Under the pieces are notes generated by a model that was not told where the DNA came from, searched no databases, and was given only the letters and a program-made list of their open reading frames with translations. The translations under genes were made by a program, and so were the position numbers. From Camelus dromedarius (Eukaryota), in contig NC_087437.1 in NCBI RefSeq assembly GCF_036321535.1, positions 95,916,001 to 95,980,000 on the forward strand: DNA of 64,000 bases. The letters are read 5' to 3'. Shown here in pieces: positions 25,650-40,024 of this stretch; the stretch's first letter is position 1, and every line of letters starts with the position of its first letter.

Positions 25650-27200
25650 AACAAAAGAAGAATTAACCAAAGTAAACATCCCCATTCAGGAAGGGCAGGA
25701 AAGGGAGACATACTGCAGGCAGTGACAGCAGCAATTTTGACGTCCCGAGGGTGAGATGTGACGGGCCCCATCCTCTGGATGGAGAATATCTTGAGTCACC
25801 CCAAGTCCACTCCTAGTCATGCTCCCTTTGTCTGGGCTTCTCCACAGCTCTTTGCCTTACCTACTAGGACACTGCCTTTTCCACCATCTTCCTGGCTGTA
25901 ACCGAAATAGGCATTGAGGAATGTGCCCATCCTGGGTCCTGAGCTGTTTCTCAGCCCACTGCTTGCTGGTCATTGGATGGGGCCCCACAGTCCACTTTAA
26001 TGTGTAAATAATCAGTCTCTTTTTGTCCAGGCTGGTTCTTTTGGCATGACAACTCTCCACAACCTTTCCAATATTCTTATCTAGTTGATTCCGGTGACCT
26101 CCATGTGTCAAAATCCATGCTAACAGTTCTTCTCTCAGCAGCATTCTTTTCTAGATGTTAATCTTAATTTGTGATGTCTCTTTGCTTTCTTACCCCTGTC
26201 ATCTCTCCCTAGACTTACTAATGGGTACCTCGAACCTGGCGTTTTTCAGAGGGAAAAACCAAGTACTTTGTCAATGTTCTTAGAGCATTTTTTTTCTTTT
26301 CTAATTGAAAGTATTTGCTCAATATCTCATCCTGCAATCTTTTTCTGGGATATCATAACCAAAACAGAAGATTTACCAGTAACTAAGTATATTGGCCTTT
26401 CCCTTGATTTAATTCATGTGCAATGCTGAATTCTAACAGGCCTTTTTTGGTCAATATTCTCATTTTTGTTCACTTGAGAAGCCGTTGCCTCCTTCAATCC
26501 TGAAAGGTCCTGACTTCATGGACTCTTTATGTTTCTTTAATTCCTTCTCAAGCTGATCAAATCTTTTCCATGCTTCTCTTTCTTTGAATCTATTGTGAAA
26601 TGCAGGTATTCTATTTTCAGACTTATTCTAGAACTACAAGCTTCTGAAATAGGTTGGTCTCCTGATCTTTCTAGGTTATAGTTGAAGACAGCTTTATCAA
26701 ATCTTTTATTATTTCAAAACACTGATCTTCCGTTTTCTACCTTCATATATATATACACACTCACACACGTATCTTTTTTCTCACCAATTGAGTATTATGA
26801 ACAATGCCATACATTTTAGGTTTTTGTTACATTAGCACTGCACCTCAAAGTACAAAATTCTGTATTTTTAATAATAAATAGCTCCAGACTCTCAAGTTTA
26901 CCATTTAGTCAGACCACAAATCCAACCCAGGTCTCACTTGACCTAGAAAGAATTAGGCTCTATCTTTGCACCTGCTTCTGTGATCCTTGTGGCAGGAAGG
27001 AGAAACTTGGAGGGGACTTGCTGCCTGGCTCTTCAAGTATCTTTCTGGAAATGAGATGGATCACTTTTGCTCACATTTCATTAGCAAAAGCAAATCATAT
27101 AGCCTCACCTAACTTCAAAATGGTCAGAGCAGTGCAATTCCACCATACCTAGCGGGAGAATAATATCAGAATATTTTTGAAAACTCATAACAATTATCAC
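25650..27200. mobile_element. Old MaLR internal sequence plus MLT1J/K-like LTR (~26860-27200)
   Basis: LTR signature cacttttgctcacatttcattagcaaaagcaaatcatatagcc...aacttcaa; the upstream region resembles MLT-int but is weakly supported. Confidence 0.45.
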
Positions 27201-28199
27201 ATAGGCCATTAACAATATTTGTTAATTGAAAGAATGAGAAGATGCTTTAATGAGGTAAATAAGAATAACAAAGTAAAACAAAACATATGGGTACTTTACA
27301 TATTTATTTTTATGTAAGAGGCAATGGCAGGGTACCTAAGGGTTTGGTTAACAGAGACAAGAGGGAAACTATTGACTTGGGTGATAGTAAGTGATAACCT
27401 GCATATGACCTGGTCAAGAAATAAACATGAATTCAGGGGATGTCTAACAGTGATCAAGTAGACCAACATCCGATTAGCTAAAAACCCCTGGCTGAGAGGG
27501 AAAACACTGTATCAAATAGCATTCTTCCATATAGCCTCTGGTCACAGAAGCATTTGGTCATAAACCATTCCATAATTCACTGTTTGTTTTCTCCTTCAAA
27601 GAGAATATTTTCCTTGTATAGGCAGAAGCCAAGGCAGATAATGCAATGGAAAGATTTCTGGACTGGAATCATGAGATCTCTGCCAACTTCTAACTGTATG
27701 AGCATCGATGTGCCACAGAGGAATGTCTTTCAACCTCAAGTTGCTCTTGTGGTTTAGTTATTTGGAAAATATTAAATTCTCAATCCATAGCAATCTGACT
27801 TCTGCCTCCATTACTTGATCAAGAATGTCCACTGTAAATTCTTCTCCCGTTCACATCACTTCTTCTGTATCATACTCTTGGCACATATCACTAATTGGTA
27901 GGTTGATTGCCTGCCAATTAGTCTTTTTCTTGCTGGCCCCTCCCCCTCACAAATGTACTCTCCACAGGGCTTCAAGCATGATCTAAGACGTAGTAGCTGC
28001 TCATTAATAGTTTAATTGAAATTGATGTTCTTGAATGTTGTTCTCTCATCATCAAGGGAGGGAGTGTCTAGGGAGGGGACAAATCTACTCTTTCTTTGGT
28101 AGATTTACACTTATTTTCTCAAAAGATGAGAACTTCTCAGCTATACTCCGTTTCTTCACCTTCAGGACTAAGTTCTAAGTGTTTTTATAAACATAATTT

Positions 28200-31100
28200 C
28201 ATCCAGTGATGTGCTCCCAGGTAGCAGGCCCCAACAAATGCATTTTTCTTTATCCCTGTCAATAAGGCTCACCAGAGGCAGTTTGCTTCCAGCAAATTCT
28301 AGCAATTCACCTTTGTTATCCTACCTCAGGGATATATCAGCTCCCCAGCCCAACATCTTAATTTAGTTCACGGGCATCTTGACTGCCTTTTCCTTCTGCA
28401 AGATATCACACCGGCTTACTGCATTGATGGCTTGCTTATGACACCTCAGGAGATGAAGTATTAGCTATTCTAGACTTACTGGTAAGAAATTTGCACGTCA
28501 GAGTTGGGGAAATGAATCCCACATAAACTCAGGGGCTTTCTGTCTCAGCAAACTTTCTAGGGGTTCACCGGTGTGAAGGATCTTTGTTAATAAAGGATAA
28601 GCTGTTGCATTTAGCCCTTTCTACAACCAAAAAAGAACCACAGTGCCTAGTGAGCCTCTTTGGATGTTGGAGGCAACATACTCCTTTGGGTGTTTTACCC
28701 CAACTAGTTTACCAAGTGACCCAAAAAGCTGCTCATTTTAAGTGGGGCCTAGAGTAAAAGAAGGGTCTACAACAGGCTCAGGCTGCTCTGTGAGCAGGTC
28801 TGCTCCCTGGTCCCCGGGATCCAGCAGATCAGTGGTGCCTGCAGTGTCAGTGTCAGATAAGGATGCTGTTTGGAGCCTTTGGGAAGCCCCTATATATGGA
28901 TCACAGTGCAGGCCCTTCGGATTTTAAAGCAAAACCTGGCCATCACTATGGTTAACTACTCCCTTTGAGAAACAGCTCTTGGCCTACTACTGAGCCGTAG
29001 AAGAGAATGAACATTTAACCATGAGCCACCAAGTTACCATGTGACCTGAGATGCCCAGCAGAACCAAGTGTGATCTGATCCACCAAGCTAGATAAAGTCG
29101 TGTGTGCACAGCTACCCTCCATCAAAAAGTGGATGTGGATCTTGATTGGGCTGAACAGGCCCTAAAGGCACAAGTTAGTTACATGAAGAAGTGGCCCAAA
29201 TGCCCAGGGTTGTAACTCCTGCTACATTGCTTTCTCTCTCCCAGCTTGCACTTTTGGCCTTGTGGAGAATTCCCTATAATTAAATGACAGAGAAAGAGAA
29301 GGCTCAGGCCTGGTTTACAGATGGTTCTACACCAAATGCTGGTACCACCTAAAAGAGGACAGCTGTATGCTACAGCCTCTGTCTGGTCCCCTGAAGGACC
29401 ATGGTGAAGGGAAATTCTTCCAATTGGCAGAACTTCAAGCAATGCACCTGGGTTGCTCACTTTGCTTGGAAAGAGAATTAACCAGATGTGCAATTATGTA
29501 CCAATTGATGGACCGTGGCCAATGGTTTGGCTGGATGGTCAGGGACTTGGAAGGAACACAAGGGGAAAACTGGTGATGAGGAAATTTGGGAAAGAGGTAT
29601 GTTGATAGACATCTCTGTGTGGGAAAAAGTGTAAAAATAGTTGCATACATATAAATGTTCTAGCAAAGGGTGATCTCAGCATAGAAAGACTTTAATAATC
29701 AAGTGGATAGAATAACCCATTTTGTGGGTACTAGTCAGCATCTCTTTCTAGTCCCCCTTTCAATGCCCAGGTGACTCATGAGCAAAGTGGCCATGGTGGC
29801 AGGGATAAAAATTGCATATGGGTTCAGTAACATGGACAAGTAACTCACCAAAGCTGACCTGGTTTTATAGCCACTGTTGAATATCCAGTTGGCTAGCAGT
29901 AGAGACCAACACACAGTCCCCAATATGACACCATTCCCAAGGTGATCAACAGGCTACCTGGTGGTAGATTGATTACACTGGACCCCTTCCATCATGGAAG
30001 GGGCAGATTTTTGTTCTTATAGGAATATACTCTGAATATGATTTTCCTCCTGAAAATCTGAATATGGATTTTCCTCCTCTGTACTCAATGTTTCTCCCAA
30101 AATCTACCAAATATGGGTATACAGAATCCTTATTCACTGTCATGGTATTCCACACAACATTGCTTCTGATCAAGAAACTTATTTTACAGCAATAGAAATG
30201 TGGCAAAGGGCTGATGCTCATGGAATTTCTTGGTCTTACTATGTTCCCCACCATCCTGAAGAAGCTGGCTTTTTCAGAGTGTTAGAATAGTCTTATGGAG
30301 AAAAATACCATATGATATCATTTATATGTGGAATCTGAAAAAAAAAAAGGCAAACTTATTTACAAATCAGAAACAGACTCACAGACATAGAAAACAAACT
30401 TATGGTTACTGGGGGAAAAGGGAGTAGGAAGGGATAAATTGGGAGTTTGAAATTTGCAGATACTAACTACTATATATAAAATACATGAACAACAAGTTCA
30501 TACTGTATAGCACAGGGAATATATTCAATATCTTGTAGTAACTTATGGTGAAAAAGAGTATGAAAACAAATATATGTGTTCATGTATGACTGAAGCATCA
30601 TGCTGTGCACCAGAAATTAACACAACACTGTAAACTGACTACACTTCAATGAAAAAAATGCATTAAGAAAAGACTCAGTTACAGCACCAGTTAAGCGGTA
30701 ATACCCTGCAAGCCATGAGCAAGGTTCTGCAGAAGGCTGTATGTGTTCTGAATCAGCATCCGATATATGATCCTGTCTGTCCTGTAGCCAAGGTTCACTG
30801 GTCCAGGAATCAAGGAGTGGAAATGGGAGTGACATCACTCACTTTTACCCCTAATGACCCCCTAGCAAAATTTTTGCTTCCAGGTTCTACAATCTTATGC
30901 TCTGCTGACCCAGAGGTCTGAATTCCCCGGCGAGAAATACTTCCCTAAGGAGACACACAATGATGCCATTGAACTGGAAATGAAGACTGCCAGCTGGCCA
31001 CTCTGGACTCTGCATGCCACTGAATAATTAGGCAAAGAAGGTAGTTACTGTGCTGGCTGTAGTGATCGATCCTGACTACCAAGTGGAAATTGGACTGCTA

Positions 31101-31796
31101 CTCTCCAGTGAAGCAGGGGAAAATAAGATATCCCTTAGGGTGTCTCTTAGTGTTACCACGCCCTGTGATTAAGGTCAAAGGAAAACTAAAATAACCCTGT
31201 CCAAGCAGGACTACTAATTGTCCAGGCTCTTCGAGAATGAAAGTTTAGATCAATACACCAGATAAAGAACCAGGACCAGCCGAGTTGCTTGCTGCATGCA
31301 AAGGGAATACACTGGGCAGTGGAAGAAGGTAGTTATAAATACCAGCTACAACCATGTAACCAGTTACAGAAATAAGGACTGTAACTTCAATAAATATTTT
31401 CTCTTTATTTTGTTATAAATATGTATGTGTATGTATCTATGAATATATATAAAATATGTATCTATATACTTAAATGTACATATACAGTAAGAAAGTATCT
31501 TTGTTTTCTTCTCTCTCTGATTCCCTTATCATGTAACATAAGTTTCATTGACTTTAAATCATAGTATTTTTAATTTTACATCATAGTATTTTAATTACAT
31601 GATATCATGGAAAAGGGTAAACATCATGCAAGGACTTTACTTTCTCTTCTGGGAAAGGGGTTAGTGTGTTTTCAGTTGTATGCATAATAGCTGTATCATT
31701 TTAGGTAAAATTATGACCCTGCTGTTACTTTCATTTGGAGATTAAATATGGTTTAAGGAGATGCATATGGATGCCAAGTTGACAAAAGGGGGAACT
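28200..31796 (+). mobile_element. ERV-L (class III) internal region: decayed pol (RT, RNase H, IN), dUTPase and 3' UTR; 5' LTR/gag/pro absent
   Basis: Manual translation gives RT NAFFFIPVNKAHQRQFA and LPQGYISSPA (~28225-28350), and dUTPase VTVLAVVIDPDYQVEIGLLL (~31045-31105) located after IN as in HERV-L. Many stops and frameshifts. PPT aaaagggggaact just before 31797. Confidence 0.92.
30298..30668 (+). mobile_element. Young L1 3' end inserted in ERV-L integrase
   Basis: aaaataccatatgatatcatttatatgtggaatct...aactgactacacttcaat plus A-rich tail; ERV-L resumes at aagactcagttacagc. Confidence 0.9.
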
Positions 31797-32178
31797 TGTA
31801 ATGGCCAATTTTATGTATAACTTGACTAGGCCACAGGATGCCTTGAAATTTGGTTACATTATTCTGAGTGTATCTATTGAGATGTTTCTAGAAGAGATTA
31901 ACATTTGACTTGGTAGACGGAGGAAAGCAGATTGCTCTACCCAGTTAGGTGGCTCTCATACAAACACTAGAGGCATAAATAGAACAAAAAGCCTGAGTAA
32001 TGCAGAATTTGCTTTCTCTCTGCCTTACTGTCTTCCAGCTGGGATTCTGTTCTCCTGCCTTGGACTCAAACTCAGAAGTGAATCAAAACTGCACGAGTGG
32101 CTCTCCTGAGTCTCTAGCTTGCTGACTGCAGATCATGGGACTTCTCAGCCTCAGTGAGTGAGCCAGCTCCCTGTAAGT
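31797..32178 (+). mobile_element. ERV-L 3' LTR (MLT2D-like), 3'-truncated
   Basis: tgtaatggccaattttatgtataacttgactaggccacagg...aaagcagattgc...tagaacaaaaagcctgagtaa...gggacttctcagcctc; directly follows the PPT. Confidence 0.85.
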
Positions 32179-32872
32179 CTAATGTAATTCTTTGCTCATC
32201 TATAGAAAAGGGTTTTTTCCCCTCTGGCTTCTTTCAAGATTTTTCGTTGATCTTCTGCAGTTTGAATATGATATACCTAGTAATATTTTTTTGAGGGGGT
32301 GGATATTTATCTTGCTTCATGTTCTCTGAATTTCCTGGATGTGTGGTTTGGTATCTGATATTAATTTAGGGGAAATTCTCAGTCATTATTGCTTCAAATA
32401 TTGTTTCAATTCCTTTCCTCTATGTCAAAATATATGTCAAAATGGCTAATTCCTCCTTACCCCGACTGGAAGCATGAGGAGACTTTTCTCCAGCATTTAT
32501 TCTAAGGACATGGTAGAGATTCTGGAAGTAAAGCTCCCCAAATCATGGGATCCCCCCCTGTGACTGGGTCTTTCTGGAGTTTCCTCCCAGAAACCTCCTA
32601 GACCGAGCCTTCAGCATTCAGCAGTCACAGTTCAGGTTTTCCTAGTGAGGTACCAGTTCCTACAAAGTCTTCTGCTCGTGAGTGTTTACTCTGGTAAGTT
32701 CTGATTCTTTGTATCTGCCTGTCTCTTTAATTTTTGACATCACTTTTTTTAAGGAACCAAAAAGACTTATTGATTTTTCAGTTTTTTCAGTTTTTTCAGT
32801 TTTTTACTTCCTGTTAGCGTGGAATAGCAGCTTCTAAGCAACTTATGTGCTGAACCAGAAACTGGACATCCT
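32179..32872 (-). mobile_element. Old L1M 5' UTR/ORF1 fragment
   Basis: ttctgcagtttgaatatgatatacctag...ggggaaattctcagtcattattgcttcaaata (antisense ORF1), joined to 5'-UTR-like sequence ending aaccagaaactggacatcc. Confidence 0.7.
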
Positions 32873-34761
32873 ACATTTGTCTTAAAGAAATTTACATATA
32901 CTTAAGATGTCTAAATTCAAACATTCTTGCTTATTAATAATGGTATAGTTAGCTACACAGGTTTTTTAAAAAATTCATTACAATTAAGATTATATTGTAT
33001 ATTTCCTATTAGGTAGATCCATGACAAATGATAATCGTTAATGCACACATTTCTTTAGAGCTCTGTTCTGTAATTTAACTTTATATGTGCTCTAGGCCAT
33101 TTCTCAAAGAAATGAGAAGCTTAATTTGATGTATGAACATTTAAGTATTGGCATGCATGTTCATATTAAAGCTAAAGATTTTTTTCCTCCTAATATATCT
33201 CATAATAACTATTATCCTGAATGGGCAGTCAGAAACTTTTTTGGCAGCACCCACTTTCCTTTAAAATGTTTCACTCTGACATGAAATATTAGAGCACAGA
33301 AGATTAAAGCATGAGCCAGATACAAGAAGATCCTCACTCCTGGCTGTACAAAAGTAGGCTGTATATATAAAATTGAAAAGTAAGAAAATGCTCAGAATAA
33401 AACCCCTTGCTCCGTTTCACTTTCATTGTAAGAAGAAGAATTTTCTGTCTTTGATTTTGGTTCACCTGTTCCTCATTCAAATACATAACCGCATTCTATT
33501 CCATAGTAGGAAAAAAAAGCAATTAAAGAATTTTTACTAGCAGAATCATAATCTCTACCATTTAATTCTTATATAATGACTGAAACAGATCTGATTTCAT
33601 AACCAGTCTGCTTATTATTTAGGGATAGAATCCTAATTTGATCCACCTCAGAATTAGAATATGTGTTGTCAATAAATGGTTAAATTAAAACATTTTAATA
33701 GCAGAAATTCAGGGAACGTGGCAAAGCTTGGTGTTAATTGCTGTGTGGTTTTGGTAGCGGGATGGCCTATTACACAGAATCAGCATGCTGTGGAGCAGTA
33801 TTTCCATTTGTAAGCTTATCACAGAAACTTAATTCACAAAACCATATCAGGTCTTTATTGAATACCTTTATATAGTTTGTAGAGCTGTGATTGACTATCA
33901 TTAATATGATGTAATTAAAAGTATGTCTATAAACAAAACTAATATACAGTTTGAAATGGCTCAGCAAAAATGTTTTTCTCAAAGGAGAGAAGAAGATGTG
34001 TTTGACTAAGTTTTTATATAGAATAACAGAGTTTGATGATAGAGCACTGTCTTCACCTCCTTTTTAAAAAATTCATCACAAGGCACGGAAGAGCAGTACT
34101 GTTGATAAGAAAAGCCCTCATTTTGAACTGTCAGGACTTGGATGCTTGTTAGCAAGATCTAAGAGCTTGACTGAAAGAAAACTCGATTTGTGAATTGAAT
34201 TTTCTCTAATTTAGCCTCTGTTAAACCATATTCTGCTGGGCAAATTTCTTTAACGTAAATCATAGAGTTTCAAAAAAACCCTTGGCAAATACTCTAAATC
34301 AACTAGCATTTAACTCTCTTTCTTGAACAGAGAAACAATCCTAGGAAGCTTGAATGTATTTATTTTCTTCAGAAGGGGAAGCATGTGTTTGTAGTGTCAT
34401 CTCTTTTATTATGAAAATCATGATTTTATAAGGAAAATCTATGTTAAAAATTTTTATTTAATGTAACGTAACCCTCACAGAATGGTATTTTCAATTTTTA
34501 ATTCTCAACAGGACATTTAGGCAGTAAATATCAAGAAACATCAAGGAAAAATAATTTGTAACATCTATTTAAAAACCATTTTTTCTTATTATTTTATAAA
34601 CTTGAGATAATCTGGAAAAGGTTGCAATGACATTTTTACAGTTCATCCAGAAGCAATAGTGTTGAGTAAAACTGTGCTTCCTGAGTGGCTTGTTCTACTT
34701 AGAATAATATAATTCATATTGATGCCATAGGAATAATTTGTTTACTAGGGTTAGGGAATTG

Positions 34762-34764
<3 letters not shown>

Positions 34765-34801
<37 letters not shown>
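34765..34801. repeat. (AC)n microsatellite, ~18 units
   Basis: Perfect dinucleotide run. Confidence 0.95.
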
Positions 34802-34803
<2 letters not shown>

Positions 34804-35149
34804 CAGTGATTTACTGCATTGTTTGCTTATGTAAAAATTTTATATGATTCTCAGAATCCACTAGAAAACTCAAATAGGATTAGAAATGGCAGCAAAAAGT
34901 ATTCCTTAGTTTACATGTCTGCAAATTATCAAAACCAGACTTTAGAAAGCTCTACACAAAAGGGCAAATTTTGTCATTTCTGCAACTAAGGCATGGAAGG
35001 CATTGAGTTCTAAATGTGTGTTTTAGGATGTGAATGCTGCAAAATTCATTCTCTCTTTAAAAGTTTTCCCACTTTCTCCCCTAAGGATAAATTGTTAAAT
35101 TAAAAAAAAAAAGGCAAAAGAAAAAAATATATATATATAAAGAAAGCAT

Positions 35150-36560
35150 GCATATATCTGTTTTTCACAGGAAAATATAAGAAAGATGAACCAGAAAACT
35201 ATGAAATTATTACAGGCCAGGTATGAGTGGAAAGGAGAAGGGAAAAAAGGAGTTCCACTTTATGAGTATACCTTTTCACATAGTTTTGACTCTTGGAAGC
35301 AAGTTAATGTTTTACACATTCAGAAATTTAAAATAAGTCAACAACAGTGAGAATAAAAAAACTAAAACTGAAACAAATGAACTCAACTATTTCAATATTG
35401 CATCAAAGAGATAAAAAGCTGAACAAAACAGAAAATTTAATCACAGCAACCTAGAACACAGTATGTGACTTTATACCCTTAGTCCAGGGGTGGGATATGG
35501 AGATTTGGAGAGAAATGCAAAGAAATCTTGAGCTCTTTATGTAGAATTCCTTTTTTGTAGTAGTATGGATGAAACAATTCTCAGGTTATTACAGAGGATT
35601 TATAGGTTTGAGAAAATAAGTATATTAATATTGCTGGGAGCCAAGGTCCTCATTATAGATGAAAGAATATATAAAATGGCAGCAAGGCATGAGGGAAGGA
35701 AGAATAGTGTTGAGATGGATTACAGTTGGATGTATCAGTATGAATTTATGTTATAAATACTACTACTCTCTGTTGCAAGCATCCATAAGAAACTTCAGTG
35801 GCAATGAGCGTATGTAGAACCCACACATCTCTGTTAACACTCTCCATGAAAAATTGAACAGGAATCCTCAGGTAATTTACCAATTCATGGTCCAGAACTG
35901 GGTAAGTTGAGTCTGGACTAATTTTTTTATGCCAGAAAGTAAAAATGTGTAAAAAGAAATGATGACTTGTTAAAAGGACACCATCATAGCCTGAAGGAGA
36001 TGCCACTAACCAAGCCTGGAACAAGATAATTAAACAGGGAGAGTAATGAATTATAAAACATTGAGGCACAGACAGACATATGTGAACTTCTTAATATGAT
36101 ACCTTAAATAGGGCACGGTATGTTTTATATAGCACTGAGAGCCAGGATATGTATCTAAATGTGAAACTAATGTGAGGAAATTTCTGACAAACCCATTAAA
36201 ACACATTATGAAAAAGAAAAAAGAGAGGGTCTGTAATCTTCCAAACTGTTTCTGTCATGAAAGTTAACAGCTGAAGAGTGTTCCAGATTCAGAAGGAAAC
36301 TACACACAATGTGTGATTTTGGACTGGATCTTGGACTGTAGAGGGAAAAGTTGCCGTAAAGAATGTTATTGACAAAATTGGAATATGTAGAGCAGAAAAC
36401 ATAGTGAATCAATATAAAAATCTCTAAAATTTTAACTATACAGTGGTCATGAAAGAATATTCTTATTCTTAGGAAATACACCCAGAAGCATTTAAAAGTA
36501 AAAGGGAAAAAAAATATGTGTAGATGTGCAGACTTCACGTGTGCAAAATGTAGCACAGTT
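35150..36560 (+). mobile_element. Old L1MC-class 3' UTR
   Basis: cagtggcaatgagc...; tgttccagatt...tggactggatcttggac; ttcttaggaaatacacccagaagcatttaaaagtaaaggg. Confidence 0.7.
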
Positions 36561-37904
36561 TCATAAAAGAATAAGAAACTAGATTGATAACTTATTTGAA
36601 TAAAACAGCAAGACAGAAAATAGAAATAATACAATTACGGAAAATATTTTTGAGGAGGTTACTAAAAATATGCTACATGTTAGGGAAGCATACATCAATA
36701 TTACAATGACATTTTCCAATGTTTCACAAGCACACAAGCCTAGATTAGATGTTTTAAAGCAACATACAAATTTAACTCTTCAAAAGCTGTCACTCTGAGT
36801 CTCCACTTGCCTTGACCCTAAAACCCCAAACTTACTAATGAAAGCAGATTTTTATCCTGATTTCACAAAGCAGGAAATATTATAAACTTCAAGATATACA
36901 AATTCTGCAATCATGCTTGTGTTACTGATAATATAAAGAGAGTTGTAGCATTCTTACTTGGGTACTAAATTTAGTTTATGGCAGGTTAAGATTGATATCC
37001 ATTAGGGAGGGTAAATTATAAGGAAATAAACATTTACTGGTATGTCATTTTCCTTTTATTGTCAGTTACATTGTTTATCTAAATAATGTAGCAATGTTTA
37101 ACTGAACCCTATTCTGAAAAGTTTTTTTTTCTCTTCTCAACTTCTTCCACCAACTTCAAAATGAGTTCTGGTAGATTATCTGCTTTCAAATGTGAATGAA
37201 TAGATATTTGGTCTTATTAAAAAAACAAGCTAACTACTTTATTGCAAATATGTTATCATTATTTATAAATTACAAACAAATGAGCCATATTGATTATCAC
37301 TTGGATATGACAATTTTTGAAATTAGTATGCAATCTAAATTGCATTGTCAACCTTTGATAATGTCTGAAAAAAAATCGTATTTCTTTAATTGAAGTTTTC
37401 AGATAAATTTTCTGGCATTTTGTTATGGCCTTGCTGCTTTTGTCCTGTATCTGGAAAGGAGGTTTGGCCAACAACTGGAGAGATTTTTCGTATTTTAAAT
37501 AATGATGTTCTGCCTCCAGGTTTCACACTAGGTGTTCAGGTAGCCTTTGGGGACCTAAAAATTAAGAGAAGAGGAAAATGCCTACTGTAATTCTATGCAT
37601 CACCTCAATCTGTTAATTTGAAAAATGTTGGGTTAGCTAGGTTGGAAAGGTTAGTCTCAGGGATCTGGCTTGCAAAACCTGTGTGAACTCTGGTGAATAA
37701 TTTTGGGTAGAGGAGAAAAAATAACTATGTAAACAAATATTTATTACTGAAAGAAATTAAAGGAAATTCCTAGGAATATCATGGGCATAAATATTTTACA
37801 AAATAAATGTAAACATGCCCTGAAAACCTGTCCTGAAGCAGAGCATAATAGAATGATACTGATGACACTGTGAGCTCTATTGCTGTTTATGTGGGAAGAG
37901 TGGG

Positions 37905-38100
37905 AACTAACATTCATTGAGCATCTATTGTGTGCTAGAACAGTGACAAAAATTTTAATATTTTCTTCATTTCTCACAACCAAACTGTGAGGTGTTTTTT
38001 CCTTCATTTTTAACATGAACACATTTTAAGGGTTGAATTAATGTGTGAATTCATGCACTTCAGGAGAGGCAAAACCAGAATGTATTTTTTGTTCAATTAC
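37905..38100 (-). mobile_element. MIR fragment
   Basis: aacattcattgagcatctattgtgtgctag...ctcacaaccaaactgtgaggt. Confidence 0.65.
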
Positions 38101-38775
38101 TATACAGTTGTATGTGAACACAATTTATCTCTTTTGATGAACTAGTATGTTTCCTATGCGACTAATGGAACTCACAGTTGTTCCACTTTAGTCTTTGGAG
38201 TGTCAGGGAAGCTGGGACTCAGTTTTACACATGGTTGAGCCTCTCCAAGACCAGGTACAGCAGTCCGCCCCAGTATTTTCAAAATCAGAGGTTAAACTCA
38301 TCTCGATCCAGTTCCAAATTCCATGCATGTTATGTTGGTAACTGTTACATACTGGGAAAGGGTCAGCGAAGACCCCTTACTTGGATTAAGCCTTGTGTGG
38401 GATCCTCTGTCTGAGACAAGTGGTGGCATCAACATTCCATGACATGAATCCATGAGGAAATGTGGTTATCTCTTGCTCACTGGAGTCCAGATTTGGTCAT
38501 CTGGAAGGAGGAATCATATAACAACTGAAATAATCATCTGGTTATCTCAGCCAATGACTCATTCATCAAAAGGGACTATCCCATGAGGGAGAATTCAGAT
38601 ACAAAAGCAGAGGCAGAGCAGCAATCGCTGAGAGTGGAAATATTGGGAGATGAGTGTGGAACTATGAACTTGTACAGCTACTTGAGATGAGAAGTAGGGA
38701 GTTTGTAACAAGACTCAATGGAGAGCAAGAGCAAAACCTGGCTTGTAGTATAATTTTTGCTGTACCGTTACTGTT

Positions 38776-38922
38776 TGCTGTGGGTTGAATTATGTTTCCA
38801 AAAAGATATGTTCAAATTCAAGGCCTAACCCCCAGTGCTTATAAATGTGACCTTATTTGGAAATAGAGTCTTTGTAGATATAATCAAGTTAAGATGAGGT
38901 CATACTGAATTAGAGTGGACCT
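38776..38922 (+). mobile_element. MLT1B/C-like LTR 5' fragment
   Basis: tgctgtgggttgaattatgt...aatgtgaccttatttggaaatag...aagttaagatgaggtcatactg. Confidence 0.85.
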
Positions 38923-39032
38923 GGGAAAAAAAAAAAGTAGGGAATGTATAGTCACTGAAGATTTTAGCATAGAGGTAGCCAAAATTCTGAATTCAGAGGT
39001 TGTCTGTAAAATTCTGTAAGTAATCTTTATTG

Positions 39033-39095
39033 TTCTTTTTTTTGGAGGGGGGAGGTAATTAGGTTTATTTATTATTTATTTATTTTTTAATGGAG
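39033..39095 (-). mobile_element. 3' tail only of the same tRNA-derived SINE
   Basis: Reverse complement ctccattaaaaaataaataaataataaataaacctaattacctcccccctccaaaa matches 24359-24410. Confidence 0.75.
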
Positions 39096-40024
39096 CTTCT
39101 ATAGAAATGTTATGTTTGAAAGGGTATTACAGTTTCTGACAAATCACATCTCTGTTCACATTCTGGTTACCTCCAGGCTGACTATACTTCGTAACTATAT
39201 TTTCACCATTTTAAGTTTTGTTTTTTTTCTTAAGCCATGTTTACCCTACTTCATGTAGAAAAGATGAAAGGCAAGATAGACAAAATGTAATAAGCAGACC
39301 TAAGAATGGGGCAAAAGAATAAAGGAAAACAAGACTAGGACTAGCAAATGAAACCAGAACGTGGCTGGGCCAAGCATTTCATTTCAAACAGACTGTGTTA
39401 AAATTAAAACCTGGTCATTTACACAATTTAGAGAGTCCATACAATGAACCAATGATTAAGGAGAAATATTTCTGAAACTAAGACTAGACAGCAGTTTCTC
39501 TCAGGATCCTATGCTATAAAGAGCAAAGTCATTGGCCACATTCTACAATAGACTCAATGTCATATTTCATATAGTTATTTTCATAATTATCCTTCATATA
39601 ATTTTGAGAGTTTTACTCAAATCTCAGTGCAGTAAAAAATGATTAATGCCACAGGTCAGTGTGCCTCAATCCAGATGTCAAGCGGATAAAGTTGATCCCA
39701 CCCTTCAGTGGCCAGCTGAAAGATGACCATTTCAGTGTTTATTGTCCCTTCAATTTTCCACACTTAGGTTCTGTTTTGGTTCTCCATTTTTTTTTTTTTT
39801 TTTGACATTTATAGGATCTAAGCACCTATGTTTAAATTCAAGGAATTAGCCTTATTCCTTTTTTTATTCCCCCAAAGTTAAGCACAATGCCTTGCACAGT
39901 TAGAGTTGAACACCTAACTCCCATGTGAGAGAAAATTCTCAGGCTACATTAGGACAGAGACAATGAGTAAAATCACTTACTCCCATAACTTATCTTTACT
40001 CTAAAACATACAATTCTCCCTCTC

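Noticed and set aside
28742..30921. Several short ORFs as functional retroviral genes
   Set aside because: Fragments or antisense frames of a heavily disrupted ERV-L pol.
34746..34756. tagggttaggg interstitial telomeric repeat
   Set aside because: Under two units; expected by chance.
36206..36634. Longest ORF (142 aa, F/I-rich)
   Set aside because: Antisense of an A-rich old L1 3' UTR; compositional artefact.
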